A DNA stretch of 64,000 bases from Candidatus Pacearchaeota archaeon (GTDB lineage Archaea; Nanobdellota; Nanobdellia; Pacearchaeales; GW2011-AR1): NCBI GenBank assembly GCA_041651235.1, contig JBAZJQ010000002.1:3434-67433 (forward strand), given 5' to 3'. Under the pieces are notes generated by a model. It was not told the DNA's origin and searched no databases. It saw only the letters and a program-made list of their open reading frames with translations. Below are positions 17,119 to 25,484 of this stretch, piece by piece. The position numbers and the translations under genes were made by a program. Each line of letters begins with the position of its first letter. Position 1 is the first letter of the stretch.

Positions 17119-19224
17119 ATGATGAAAAAAGAGATTGTCTTATTTATGATTGGAATATGTTTTTTATTGCCAGTTTTATCTGCAGGAGTTTATTTTTCTC
17201 AATTAAATGAAGTTTATAATCTCGGAGATACAATAAAAACAAGTGTGGAAGTTAGTCCATTAGAATTTGGCCCCCTTAAAGTTCAGTTAATTTGTGCGGG
17301 AAAATCAGTTCTTGCATTCTATGGAAATCCAAGTGCAAGTGAAGAAATTGAACTTCCTTTAAATTATCTATTTTTAGAAGATATTAAGGGCGGAGATTGT
17401 TATTTTTCAGCAGATTACAATAAACTAGAGTATCAAAGCAGGACATTTAAAATTTCAAATGTATTAAATATATTTTTAGATAAAAATAATTATGTTGTTA
17501 AACCTGGAGAAAATATAACTGTAAGTGGAACAGCAAAAAGAATAAATGGGGTTGGTATTAATGGAGATGTTGAAATAACTATTCCTTTATTGAGTTTAGC
17601 TGAAAATAATCTAGTGATCAATGATACGAGTACTAATGAAACAGAGACAAATGAAAGTGATATTGTAATCGAATCAAATACAGGAACTTTTCATGCAAAT
17701 GTTGTTGATGGTGTTTTTTCAAGGAATTTTGATTTGCCTTCTGATACTGCTGCAGGCAATTATAGAATAGATGTTAATGCATTTGAAATGATTGATGATC
17801 AGAAAACAAGTGAGGGTTTAGCTATGGCAGATTTAGAAGTATTGCAGATTTTAAAGGGAATTGATCTAGCAATTAATCTGAATAATATAAATCCTGGGCA
17901 AGTTTTTGATTTTAAGCCAAGTTTATTAGACCAAACAGGAACTATAATCTCTGATGAAGTCTCGATATTAATAACTAATGAAGAGCAGGAGAGAATTTAT
18001 GAGAAAATATATACTTCTGGTGAAACAGCAGGATATGATATCCCCACAAATTTCAGTTCTGGATATTATACAATAAAAGCATCTAGTGGAGAATTTGAAA
18101 CCTCAAAAACATTTTTTGTTAATGAAAAAACTATGCTTTCATTTGAGATAGTTAATGATACTTTAATTGTTACTAATATAGGAAATATCCCTTATAAAAA
18201 AGATTTTGAAATTGAATTAAATGGCAAGCCATTTGTTAGAAGTTTGAATTTAGATTTAGGAGAAATTCAGAAATTTAAATTAACTGGAGATGGGTTATAT
18301 GATGTAATAGTTAGTGATGGAGAAAATGAGATTATGCAAAATGGTGTTGCTTTAACAGGTAATTCAGTTAATGTTAAGGCAATTGGAGATGGTTCCGTGA
18401 TATTTAGCAGCCCGGTTGTGTGGATATTTTTAATTATAGTTTTGGGTGCAGGAATATTATTTTTATTTAGAAATATGCTAAAAAAGAAATCTTTTGCTTA
18501 TCCTTTTAGCAGAAAAAAGAAGATTATGGAGATAAAAGGTAATCCTGTTGTTAAAGAAGCTATAGCTAAACATGAAGAAGGAGCTATTGCTCCAAGATCC
18601 TTAGTTGCTCCAAAAAAAGCAGAACATGTTTTGGTTTTAACAGGTCCAAAAAATACTGTTAGTATGGTTGCATTAAAAGTTAAGAATGAGTTGTCTAAAG
18701 AATCTAAAATTAATTTAGGGTTAATAATTGAAAAAATAAAGGGAAATAAAGGAGTTGTTTATGAATCAAGGGATTATTACTTTATTATTTTTAGTCCTTT
18801 AATGACTAGAGTCAATAAAAATGAAGCTCATGCAGCAAAAACAGCAGAATTACTTGAGATATTATTAAAGAAATACAATAGAAAGTTTAAACACAGAATA
18901 GAATTTGGTATTGCAGTTGGAAGTGGAGAAATAATAAATAAAATTGAGGACCAAACTTTGAAGTTTACTCCTTTAGGCAGTTTCTTAGTATCTTTAAAAA
19001 AAGTTGCAGAGGCTTCTAAAGAAAAGGTTCTTATAACAAAAGAAGCTCATGAAAAATCAGGTGGAGAAATTAAAGGAAATAAAATAAGTGTTAACGGGAT
19101 AGATGCTTATGAATTAAAGAATGTTGTTGACTCTGAAGCAAATCAAAAATTCTTACAAAGTTTTATGGAAAGAATGAATAAAGAAGATAATAAAAATCCT
19201 AAGTTTAATTCTCACCAAAGATAA
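17119..19224 (+). CDS. receptor-like membrane protein: signal peptide, Ig-like/beta-rich ectodomain, one TM, and a cytoplasmic degenerate class III cyclase-homology-like domain
   Basis: Signal sequence FMIGICFLLPVLSA and TM segment VVWIFLIIVLGAGILFLF. The cytoplasmic part follows the cyclase-homology layout (IEFGIAVGSGEII..., KFTPLGSFLVSLKKVAEAS, KVLITKEAHEK, ...AYELKNV). The canonical metal-binding Asp positions are not evident. Confidence 0.55.
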   Translation: MMKKEIVLFMIGICFLLPVLSAGVYFSQLNEVYNLGDTIKTSVEVSPLEFGPLKVQLICAGKSVLAFYGNPSASEEIELPLNYLFLEDIKGGDCYFSADYNKLEYQSRTFKISNVLNIFLDKNNYVVKPGENITVSGTAKRINGVGINGDVEITIPLLSLAENNLVINDTSTNETETNESDIVIESNTGTFHANVVDGVFSRNFDLPSDTAAGNYRIDVNAFEMIDDQKTSEGLAMADLEVLQILKGIDLAINLNNINPGQVFDFKPSLLDQTGTIISDEVSILITNEEQERIYEKIYTSGETAGYDIPTNFSSGYYTIKASSGEFETSKTFFVNEKTMLSFEIVNDTLIVTNIGNIPYKKDFEIELNGKPFVRSLNLDLGEIQKFKLTGDGLYDVIVSDGENEIMQNGVALTGNSVNVKAIGDGSVIFSSPVVWIFLIIVLGAGILFLFRNMLKKKSFAYPFSRKKKIMEIKGNPVVKEAIAKHEEGAIAPRSLVAPKKAEHVLVLTGPKNTVSMVALKVKNELSKESKINLGLIIEKIKGNKGVVYESRDYYFIIFSPLMTRVNKNEAHAAKTAELLEILLKKYNRKFKHRIEFGIAVGSGEIINKIEDQTLKFTPLGSFLVSLKKVAEASKEKVLITKEAHEKSGGEIKGNKISVNGIDAYELKNVVDSEANQKFLQSFMERMNKEDNKNPKFNSHQR

Positions 19225-19540
19225 TTTTTCTTTGTTGTTCTGCATATCTAATTAATTTTCGTGCTGTTTTTCCATGCCAGCCTTTTGGCTGATATATTGA
19301 TTGATGAAAGTTATCCAGAGTTTGTTCTATTTCTCTGGTTAATTGTTTTAATTCTGAAGTATCTAATTCTGAAACATCTGTAGCAAATTCTTCTAAACTA
19401 AATCTCTCTATACCTAATCTTTCTAATTCCTGATGAATATATTCCTCTATCCAATACTCTGGGATTGCATAATCTTCACTTATTATTGTGTTATTAGGAT
19501 GACAATAAGTTTGATTTTCTAGATAATTATTTCCATCCAT
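19205..19540 (-). CDS. hypothetical acidic protein
   Basis: 111-aa ORF, convergent with the receptor-like gene and overlapping its 3' end by 20 nt. Confidence 0.4.
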   Translation of the reverse strand: MDGNNYLENQTYCHPNNTIISEDYAIPEYWIEEYIHQELERLGIERFSLEEFATDVSELDTSELKQLTREIEQTLDNFHQSIYQPKGWHGKTARKLIRYAEQQRKIIFGEN

Positions 19541-19588
19541 ATTTCAAGGATAAGAAACCTTTTTAAATAGGTTTTGGTTATTGATGTT

Positions 19589-19900
19589 ATGATAATCTCG
19601 ACTACAGAATATATTAATGGGAAACTTCCTAAAAAGACTATTGGATTGGTTAGAGGAAATACAGTAAGAGCAAGATGGTTTGGAAGAGATATTGCAGCTG
19701 CTTTTAAGAATTTTGTTGGTGGAGAAATTAAAAGTTATACTCAAATGATTTCTGATGCAAGAGAAGAAGCTGTCCAGAGAATGATTGAACATGCAAAAGG
19801 AATGGGTGCAACAGGAGTTACTTGTGTTAGATTCACAATTGGAGAAGTTATGCAGGGAACAACAGAGATATTAGCATTTGGGACTGCTGTTGTGATTTAA
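19589..19900 (+). CDS. YbjQ/UPF0145 family protein
   Basis: MIISTTEYINGK...GLVRGNTVRARWFGRDIAAAFKNFVGGEIKSYTQMISDAREEA...GATGVTCVRF... is the canonical YbjQ_1 pattern. The start was chosen at the MIISTT methionine. Confidence 0.8.
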   Translation: MIISTTEYINGKLPKKTIGLVRGNTVRARWFGRDIAAAFKNFVGGEIKSYTQMISDAREEAVQRMIEHAKGMGATGVTCVRFTIGEVMQGTTEILAFGTAVVI

Positions 19901-20421
19901 TCTATTCTTTCTTTTAGCTCTAAATTAGTTAATTTTGCTACTCTCTTTAATAAACTCCTTCCTTCTTCTGAATATTTCCAATAAAAAAGAATGGGGTTAT
20001 AAGTATTTTTAGTAATTCTATTTATTGCCTTAATAAATGCAGTTGTAGCTAATCCTTTTCCTCTATAATCTTCTCTTAAAACTGAAGCGCATAAATAAAT
20101 TGTTTCTGGTCTTTTGTTTAAATCTAATTTTTTAATATCTTCAAACATTTCCGCTTCATTTATTTTTTTGCTGAGAAAACTTGCCATTAATCTCTTATTG
20201 CATGGAAGCATAAATGCATATCCTATAACTTTTTTATTATGTTTTATTATATTCAAATAATCAGGAGTATTCTTATAAATCCAATCTCGTGTCTTCTTAA
20301 CTGTTGGGATCTGATTAGGGTCTTTTTGTGTACCAAAATAATCTTCACTAATTTTGCTTGTATCATCTAAATCTCTTCTTGTAAAATTTCCAGTATCTGA
20401 TGAAAAAGAAATGTTCCTCAT
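19897..20421 (-). CDS. GNAT-family N-acetyltransferase
   Basis: The acetyl-CoA motif-A-like segment REDYRGKGLATTAFIKAI sits within a 174-aa ORF. Confidence 0.6.
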   Translation of the reverse strand: MRNISFSSDTGNFTRRDLDDTSKISEDYFGTQKDPNQIPTVKKTRDWIYKNTPDYLNIIKHNKKVIGYAFMLPCNKRLMASFLSKKINEAEMFEDIKKLDLNKRPETIYLCASVLREDYRGKGLATTAFIKAINRITKNTYNPILFYWKYSEEGRSLLKRVAKLTNLELKERID

Positions 20422-20520
20422 TATGAGAATTATTATTTATATTTTATATAGTTTTCTTTCTGGATACCATATAATTTCGATATTTACAATTATCTAAATT
20501 AAGTTATTTCTAGTAATGTT

Positions 20521-20727
20521 TTACATTTCTTCTTCCCCAAAATATTGTTTTTCAACTTCTTCTGGGTCAAGTCCTTCTTCTTCAACTTCTTCTTCAAATT
20601 CAGCTTCGTTTTTGAAGTCAGGACAAAATTCTCTGCATTTATCTCTCATTATAATTAATTCATCAGTGTAACTAGGTTTGTTAGGGATTGGATCTTTTTT
20701 TGCACCAATAATTAATATTGCAGTCAT
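20521..20727 (-). CDS. hypothetical acidic small protein
   Basis: 68 aa with a Glu-rich tail. Its start overlaps the stop of the upstream Zn-finger ORF (ATGA). Confidence 0.4.
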   Translation of the reverse strand: MTAILIIGAKKDPIPNKPSYTDELIIMRDKCREFCPDFKNEAEFEEEVEEEGLDPEEVEKQYFGEEEM

Positions 20728-21116
20728 TCTATTTCTCCTAGCTCTTCAGCTTCTTTATAATATCCTTTATGTTCTAAATCAAAATTAAAGAAAATTAAAA
20801 ATTCTTTTAAGACTGTCTTGTTTACATTCATTTCTCTTAATTCATTTAATACAAACTCTGTAAAACAATAAGGACAGACAGAGGCTCTTTTTTCATTACA
20901 TTTAATGCACATGGCCCCATATTCTAAATTTTTTCTAAGAAATTTATTTACTTTAGGCATTAATTTTGCTCTTAACTGATGATAGTTAGGATAAATTGTA
21001 AGCCAAGCTTCTATTTGTGCTGTTATGCATGATGGGCATATGGGATTGGATACTGGCTCGTGACATAAGCTACATCCATAATATGATTCAAGAGTTGGAT
21101 AGTTTGTTTGTACCAT
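20724..21116 (-). CDS. hypothetical double CxxC zinc-finger protein
   Basis: 130 aa with CSLC...CPSC and CIKC...CPYC pairs. Confidence 0.5.
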   Translation of the reverse strand: MVQTNYPTLESYYGCSLCHEPVSNPICPSCITAQIEAWLTIYPNYHQLRAKLMPKVNKFLRKNLEYGAMCIKCNEKRASVCPYCFTEFVLNELREMNVNKTVLKEFLIFFNFDLEHKGYYKEAEELGEIE

Positions 21117-21145
21117 TTTAATTTTTTAAGAACACTGTATTCAAG

Positions 21146-21199
21146 TTGTTTGTTAAAACAAAAACTTAAATAAACGGGTTAATAAAACAAACAGGTTTG
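21146..21199. repeat. degenerate pair of repeat arms (R13) without the core
   Basis: gttgtttgttaaaac ... ttaataaaacaaacagg resembles the TTAAnACAAACAA arm of the repeat family in both orientations. Confidence 0.3.
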
Positions 21200-21391
21200 A
21201 CACAGTATAAACTATAAGAACACCAGAATACTGTTATCGAATTACACCTATTTATTTCCATATTTTATATAGGGGTTTGTTATTTAAATAATTTGTGGTT
21301 TTTAAGTTCATATAGCTAATCTTAAATAAAAAATAATTTTTTGTTAAAATTAACTAGAGTTACTGATTATTGGGGAGGATTTATATTAAGG

Positions 21392-21399
21392 TTTAAATA
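21392..21399 (+). promoter_or_regulatory. TATA-like box (TTTAAATA) 29 nt upstream of the ATG at 21421
   Basis: Motif and spacing. Confidence 0.45.
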
Positions 21400-21420
21400 G
21401 TTAAGGCCCTTTGTTTTTGA

Positions 21421-21705
21421 ATGGAAAAAGATAGATTAAAATCAGACAATGAAACTGCTTTTAAAAAAAGTGCAGAAGAGTATGCAAAAAAAGTTGGGAT
21501 AAAATTAAACTCAGATAAAAAAATAGTAGATCAGCTAGCATTTGCTTTTATGAAGAAAAAAGAAAAGTTTGGAGATATTTACTGCCCGTGCAGAGTTGTT
21601 ACAGGAAATAAAGAAAAAGATAAAGAGATTGTATGTCCATGTGTTTTCCACAGAGGGGAAATAGAACTGCAGGGGCATTGCAAGTGCAATTTATTTGTTG
21701 AATAA
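21421..21705 (+). CDS. ferredoxin:thioredoxin reductase catalytic-subunit-like protein
   Basis: CPCRVV-x14-CPCVFHRGE-x6-HCKC reproduces the CPC...CPC...CHC-type cysteine arrangement of FTR catalytic chains. Confidence 0.7.
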   Translation: MEKDRLKSDNETAFKKSAEEYAKKVGIKLNSDKKIVDQLAFAFMKKKEKFGDIYCPCRVVTGNKEKDKEIVCPCVFHRGEIELQGHCKCNLFVE

Positions 21706-21708
21706 AAT

Positions 21709-22620
21709 TTACATCCTTTCTAATATTTGTATTCTTTTATGAATTGGAGGATGAGTTGATAAGGCATTTTTAAAAGGATTTGATATAAATAATGGAGCAA
21801 CTGCTTTGCTTATTTTTTTGTTTTCTTGATTAATTCTTGTTGGAGTTAAAGATTCATTTTCAATTTTCTTTAAAGCTTTTATTAATCCTGTTGGACTTCT
21901 CGTGAATTTAACAGCAGAGGCATCTGCAACATATTCTCTTTTTCTTGAAATAGCTAGCTGAACTAGTTGAACAACTATTGGAGCCAGAATAGCAAGGGCA
22001 ACTCCTATAACCATTAAAATTGCACTTCCTTTGTTGTCTCTGTCATTTCCACCTCTAAACCACAGACTTCTTAAAAATATTTCAGAGATTATTGCAATCA
22101 TTCCAACCATAACAGCTGTTAGTGTCATAAATCTAATGTCATAGTTTGCGATGTGAGATAGTTCATGAGAAATAACTCCTTCTAATTCCTGCTTGTCTAA
22201 TTTTCTTAAAGCTCCTGTTGTAACACAGATAACAGAATGTTTTGGGTCTCTTCCTGATGCAAATGCATTAATCTGCCCATTTTCCATAACATATAATTTA
22301 GGTTTAGGCATTCCAGAGGCAAGACAGATTCCCTCTACAATATTATGATATTGTCCATATTCTGTTTCGGATGCTTGTTTTGCATTAACAGAAACTAGTG
22401 CAATTTTGTCTGCATTATAATAACTGATTAATAAATAAGATATTGAAACTATAATTGAAAGGATCATAATTATAAAGAAAAAATCTGGAGCAAATATCTT
22501 TCCAATTACATAGCCTAAAATTAAAAATATAATAAATATAACTGAAATTAAGAGAAAGCTTTTCCATTTGTTTCTAGAAATTTGGTCGTGAAATGAGATT
22601 CTATCCATTGTTTTTTCCAT
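21709..22620 (-). CDS. htpX: HtpX-family M48 membrane zinc protease
   Basis: Two N-terminal TMs, HExxH as VISHELSHIANYD, two further TMs, and a distal Glu region (REYVADA). Confidence 0.85.
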   Translation of the reverse strand: MEKTMDRISFHDQISRNKWKSFLLISVIFIIFLILGYVIGKIFAPDFFFIIMILSIIVSISYLLISYYNADKIALVSVNAKQASETEYGQYHNIVEGICLASGMPKPKLYVMENGQINAFASGRDPKHSVICVTTGALRKLDKQELEGVISHELSHIANYDIRFMTLTAVMVGMIAIISEIFLRSLWFRGGNDRDNKGSAILMVIGVALAILAPIVVQLVQLAISRKREYVADASAVKFTRSPTGLIKALKKIENESLTPTRINQENKKISKAVAPLFISNPFKNALSTHPPIHKRIQILERM

Positions 22621-22668
22621 AATATTATATTGTTAAATAGGTTTTAAAGTTTATCTTTAGTTGATATT

Positions 22669-22735
22669 TATAATCTATTAAGATAATCTAATATTTATTA
22701 AGACATAAGCAGATTGATGAGAGGATTAAAGTGTT
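22669..22735. repeat. intergenic MITE-like repeat, copy R4
   Basis: tataatctattaagataatctaatatttattaagacataagcagattgatgagaggattaaag. The left arm is internally duplicated. Confidence 0.5.
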
Positions 22736-22820
22736 TATGAGATTTATGGACATTATAATAAAATTATTGGTAATATGAAATCCTTATATGTTGATTTTAA
22801 GTTTTTGTTTATTTTTATTA

Positions 22821-23408
22821 TTAATTTTTATCAAAAAATCTTAAAGAGAAAAACAATATAATTAATCCTAAAACATATCCTGCAATTACATCACTGAACC
22901 AATGAACATTCAGGTAAATTCTGCTTAATCCTATTAATAATATTAAAATAATATTAACTGCTATGAATAATATCTTTAGAAATTTGTTTTTTATTTTATC
23001 TTTAAACAAATAAATAATTAGAGAGAAAAATATTAAAGAACCAAGAGCATGCAAACTTGGAAAACTAGGATCTGTTCTTTGAATTAAAGAGTTCAAAGGC
23101 CTTTGTCTTTGGATTATGAATTTAATTAGTTCTCCTAAACCTGCACTAAAAATTAAAATAACTGAACTAATAATCCCCTTTCTATATTCTTTTCTAAGAA
23201 CTAAAATAACAAACAAAATCAGACCTAATGTAATCATTGTATTTGTATTTCCAATGTAAGTTATTATTGAAAAAAAACCTGTTAAAAATGGATTCCATAA
23301 ACTAGGAATAGCTTTGCTTATTGAATTATCTAGTTGAAAACTAAATATGAATAATATAATTATTGATGCGATAGATAATAAGAATATAATAAGTTTATTT
23401 GATTTCAT
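22821..23408 (-). CDS. PAP2-family membrane phosphatase
   Basis: Motifs KFIIQRQRP, PSLHA and SRIYLNVHWFSDV correspond to PAP2 KxxxxxxRP / PSGH / SRxxxxxHxxxD. Confidence 0.75.
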   Translation of the reverse strand: MKSNKLIIFLLSIASIIILFIFSFQLDNSISKAIPSLWNPFLTGFFSIITYIGNTNTMITLGLILFVILVLRKEYRKGIISSVILIFSAGLGELIKFIIQRQRPLNSLIQRTDPSFPSLHALGSLIFFSLIIYLFKDKIKNKFLKILFIAVNIILILLIGLSRIYLNVHWFSDVIAGYVLGLIILFFSLRFFDKN

Positions 23409-23443
23409 GATATAATTAAATAATCGGAATATATAAAGTTTAA

Positions 23444-24112
23444 TTATGCAGATAAATAATCCATTATTTCCTGTCTTTGTTCTGGTGTAAAGGAGATAGA
23501 TAATTTTCTTAAAGCTTCATTTTGAATCTGTCTTATCCTTTCTTTAGTATATCCTATTTCTACTCCTAATTGTTTTAAAGTTTTAATTTCTTTTGCTAAA
23601 AATCTTTGTTGAATAACGTGTTGTTCTAAGAGAGATAAATTCTCTAATTTATCTCTAATTAGTTTTGTATGATCTTGATTTTCTAATAATTGAGGGATAT
23701 TGGATCCAAGATTTTTTTTATCTATCTTATCTAACCTTTTTTTTCTTAGATACTCTGTTTTTTCTTTAGACCTTAATCTTGATAATCTTTGGTCTATTAC
23801 TCTATAAGCAAGCCCTGAAAATTTAAACCCCCTAGTATAATCGTATTTTTTTGAAGCATAGAAGATAGCGTCTGCTGCTTCTGAAAGAGCTTCATTAAAA
23901 TCTACACATGGGCAAGATTTCAAAAAATAATAGGTTCTGCATACTAATAACCCTAAATAAGATTTTATTAGTTTTTCTTGAGCTAAAGTGCTAACTCCAT
24001 CTAATCCATATTTAATTAAAAAACCAAGTGCTAATTCTTCTTCTAATTTTAAATTTGGTGTTCTTTCTCCAGCAAATAGTTTTAATTCACTATTAAGATA
24101 TTTATTTTTCAT
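23444..24112 (-). CDS. sigma-70 family protein (regions 2 and 4 recognisable)
   Basis: Region-2-like DFNEALSEAADAIFYASKKYDYTRGFKFSGLAYRVIDQRLSR (compare DLIQEG..GL..A..KFD..RG.KFSTYA.WWIRQ.I.R). Region-4-like LSLLEQHVIQQRFLAKEIKTLKQLGVEIGYTKERIRQIQNEALRKL (compare TL.EIG...GVTRERIRQIE..ALRKL). Confidence 0.7.
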   Translation of the reverse strand: MKNKYLNSELKLFAGERTPNLKLEEELALGFLIKYGLDGVSTLAQEKLIKSYLGLLVCRTYYFLKSCPCVDFNEALSEAADAIFYASKKYDYTRGFKFSGLAYRVIDQRLSRLRSKEKTEYLRKKRLDKIDKKNLGSNIPQLLENQDHTKLIRDKLENLSLLEQHVIQQRFLAKEIKTLKQLGVEIGYTKERIRQIQNEALRKLSISFTPEQRQEIMDYLSA

Positions 24113-24154
24113 TAAATTATTTCTTAACTATTGCTTAAAAGTTTAACTATAGAA

Positions 24155-24715
24155 CTAATCCAACTCACTAAAGTTAACTTTAGGAACAACTCTCTCTGAT
24201 GCAGCTATTTCTAAATAAGGTTTTTCTTTAAATCCAAACATGTTAAAAAATAGTTTTCCAGGGAAAGTTCTGCTTGAATTATTATAATCCATTATGGAAT
24301 CGTTATAATATTGTCTTGCATAAGCAACTTTGTCTTCAATTGCTGATAATTCCTGTTGCAAATGTAAGAAGTTCTCATTTGCTCTTAAATTAGGATAGTT
24401 TTCAGAAACAGCAAATATTGTTTTTAATGCTGATTGCAGTTTATCTCCTGCTTTTACTTTAGAAGGCATATCTGTTGCTTTTAAGAAAGCTGTTCTAGCA
24501 GAAGTTACTGCAGTTAAAACTGATTTTTCATATTTAGCATAACCTTTAACTGTTTCCATTAAATTAGGAACTAAATCTGCTCTTTTCTTTAATTGAACAT
24601 CAATTTGAGCTAAAGAATTATCAATTCTATTTCCTAAAGTTGCAAATCTATTATAATAAGCAATAAAAATTATGATTATTAATACAACTAGTCCCCCAAT
24701 AATCCATCCTATCAT
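24155..24715 (-). CDS. lemA: LemA family membrane protein
   Basis: N-terminal TM followed by YYNRFATLGNRIDNSLAQIDVQLKKRADLVPNL...AVSENYPNLRANENF..., the canonical LemA pattern. Confidence 0.85.
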   Translation of the reverse strand: MIGWIIGGLVVLIIIIFIAYYNRFATLGNRIDNSLAQIDVQLKKRADLVPNLMETVKGYAKYEKSVLTAVTSARTAFLKATDMPSKVKAGDKLQSALKTIFAVSENYPNLRANENFLHLQQELSAIEDKVAYARQYYNDSIMDYNNSSRTFPGKLFFNMFGFKEKPYLEIAASERVVPKVNFSELD

Positions 24716-24777
24716 AATATTTTATAGACTAAATGATTTATAAATATTGTGGATAAATGGATATATTAGTAATAAAC

Positions 24778-24840
24778 CATCTAATGCTGCTGTTTTTGAT
24801 GATTAGGTTGAGTGTCTTTTGTTAAATTGTTTGTTAATTT
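24778..24840. repeat. intergenic repeat, copy R5 (core variant + right arm)
   Basis: catctaatgctgctgtttttgatgattaggttgagtgtcttttgttaaattgtttgttaattt. Confidence 0.45.
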
Positions 24841-24901
24841 AAATTATAAATATTTGAAAGATAACAGCAATATTTAAAAATAATAAATAGTTCTAAAACT
24901 T

Positions 24902-25285
24902 ATGGATGCTTTACAGAAAAGAGTTATTGCGACAGTATTAATAGGAGCAGTGTTAATTTTTTCTTTTTTTGCAATTACAGAGGCGATAACAAAATATACT
25001 GGATATTCTGTATTGCCTGATGAAAATGATTTTGAAAAGTGCTTAAAGGAACAAGATGTTGTCCTGTATATTAATACTAATGATGTTTCAGCAACATTAA
25101 ATACAATTCAATTAAGAGATAATATTAATGATTTTAAAATATTTAATTGCCTAAGGGATAATGCTCCGTGTATAGAAAAAGGAATAACCTCTTTTCCTTC
25201 ATGGGGAGTTAATAATAAAATTGTTTCTGAGGATATCTCTATGGATAGATTATTTGAGTTATCTGGATGTAAATTAGAAATCTAA
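24902..25285 (+). CDS. membrane-anchored thioredoxin-fold-like protein (degenerate)
   Basis: An N-terminal TM, then a layout resembling the VKOR-associated Trx-like domain (...FNCLRDNAPCIEKGITSFPSWGVNNK...LSGC). The CxxC is not canonical. Confidence 0.4.
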   Translation: MDALQKRVIATVLIGAVLIFSFFAITEAITKYTGYSVLPDENDFEKCLKEQDVVLYINTNDVSATLNTIQLRDNINDFKIFNCLRDNAPCIEKGITSFPSWGVNNKIVSEDISMDRLFELSGCKLEI

Positions 25286-25304
25286 ATTAATAAAAGGAGG
25301 AAAA

Positions 25305-25484
25305 ATGATTAGTGTTGATAAAAAAACTTGTATTGGATGCGGCGCATGTGCTTCAATATGTCCAGAAGTCTTTGAAATGAAAGAAACTGCTGATGGACTT
25401 AAATCAGTTGTTAAAAAGCAATCAAAAGCTTCTTGTGTAAAAGAGGCTGCAGATTCATGCCCAGTTAATGCAATCAATATTTAA
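25305..25484 (+). CDS. fdx: small ferredoxin (single [4Fe-4S]/[3Fe-4S]-type), below the ORF-track cutoff
   Basis: MISVDKKTCIGCGACASICPEVFEMKETADGLKSVVKKQSKASCVKEAADSCPVNAINI (59 aa). It has the CxxCxxC...CP motif plus a distal ...CP. A GGAGG lies 5 nt upstream of the ATG. The track only shows a spurious antisense ORF here. Confidence 0.75.
   Translation: MISVDKKTCIGCGACASICPEVFEMKETADGLKSVVKKQSKASCVKEAADSCPVNAINI

Noticed and set aside
14202-24715. Assembly chimerism or bacterial contamination as the explanation for the bacterial-type genes (SLT, sigma-70-like, LemA/HtpX; also NrdR and the ArmA-like gene elsewhere).
   Set aside because: These genes share the AT-rich composition and the same TATA and coupling conventions as their neighbours. 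They are interleaved at short distances with unambiguous archaeal genes (thrS, trpS, rpo operon, EF genes). Only read-level data can formally exclude chimerism.
25274-25477. 67-aa minus-strand ORF from the track.
   Set aside because: The plus strand encodes a textbook ferredoxin with an SD (25305-25484). The minus-strand product has no features.
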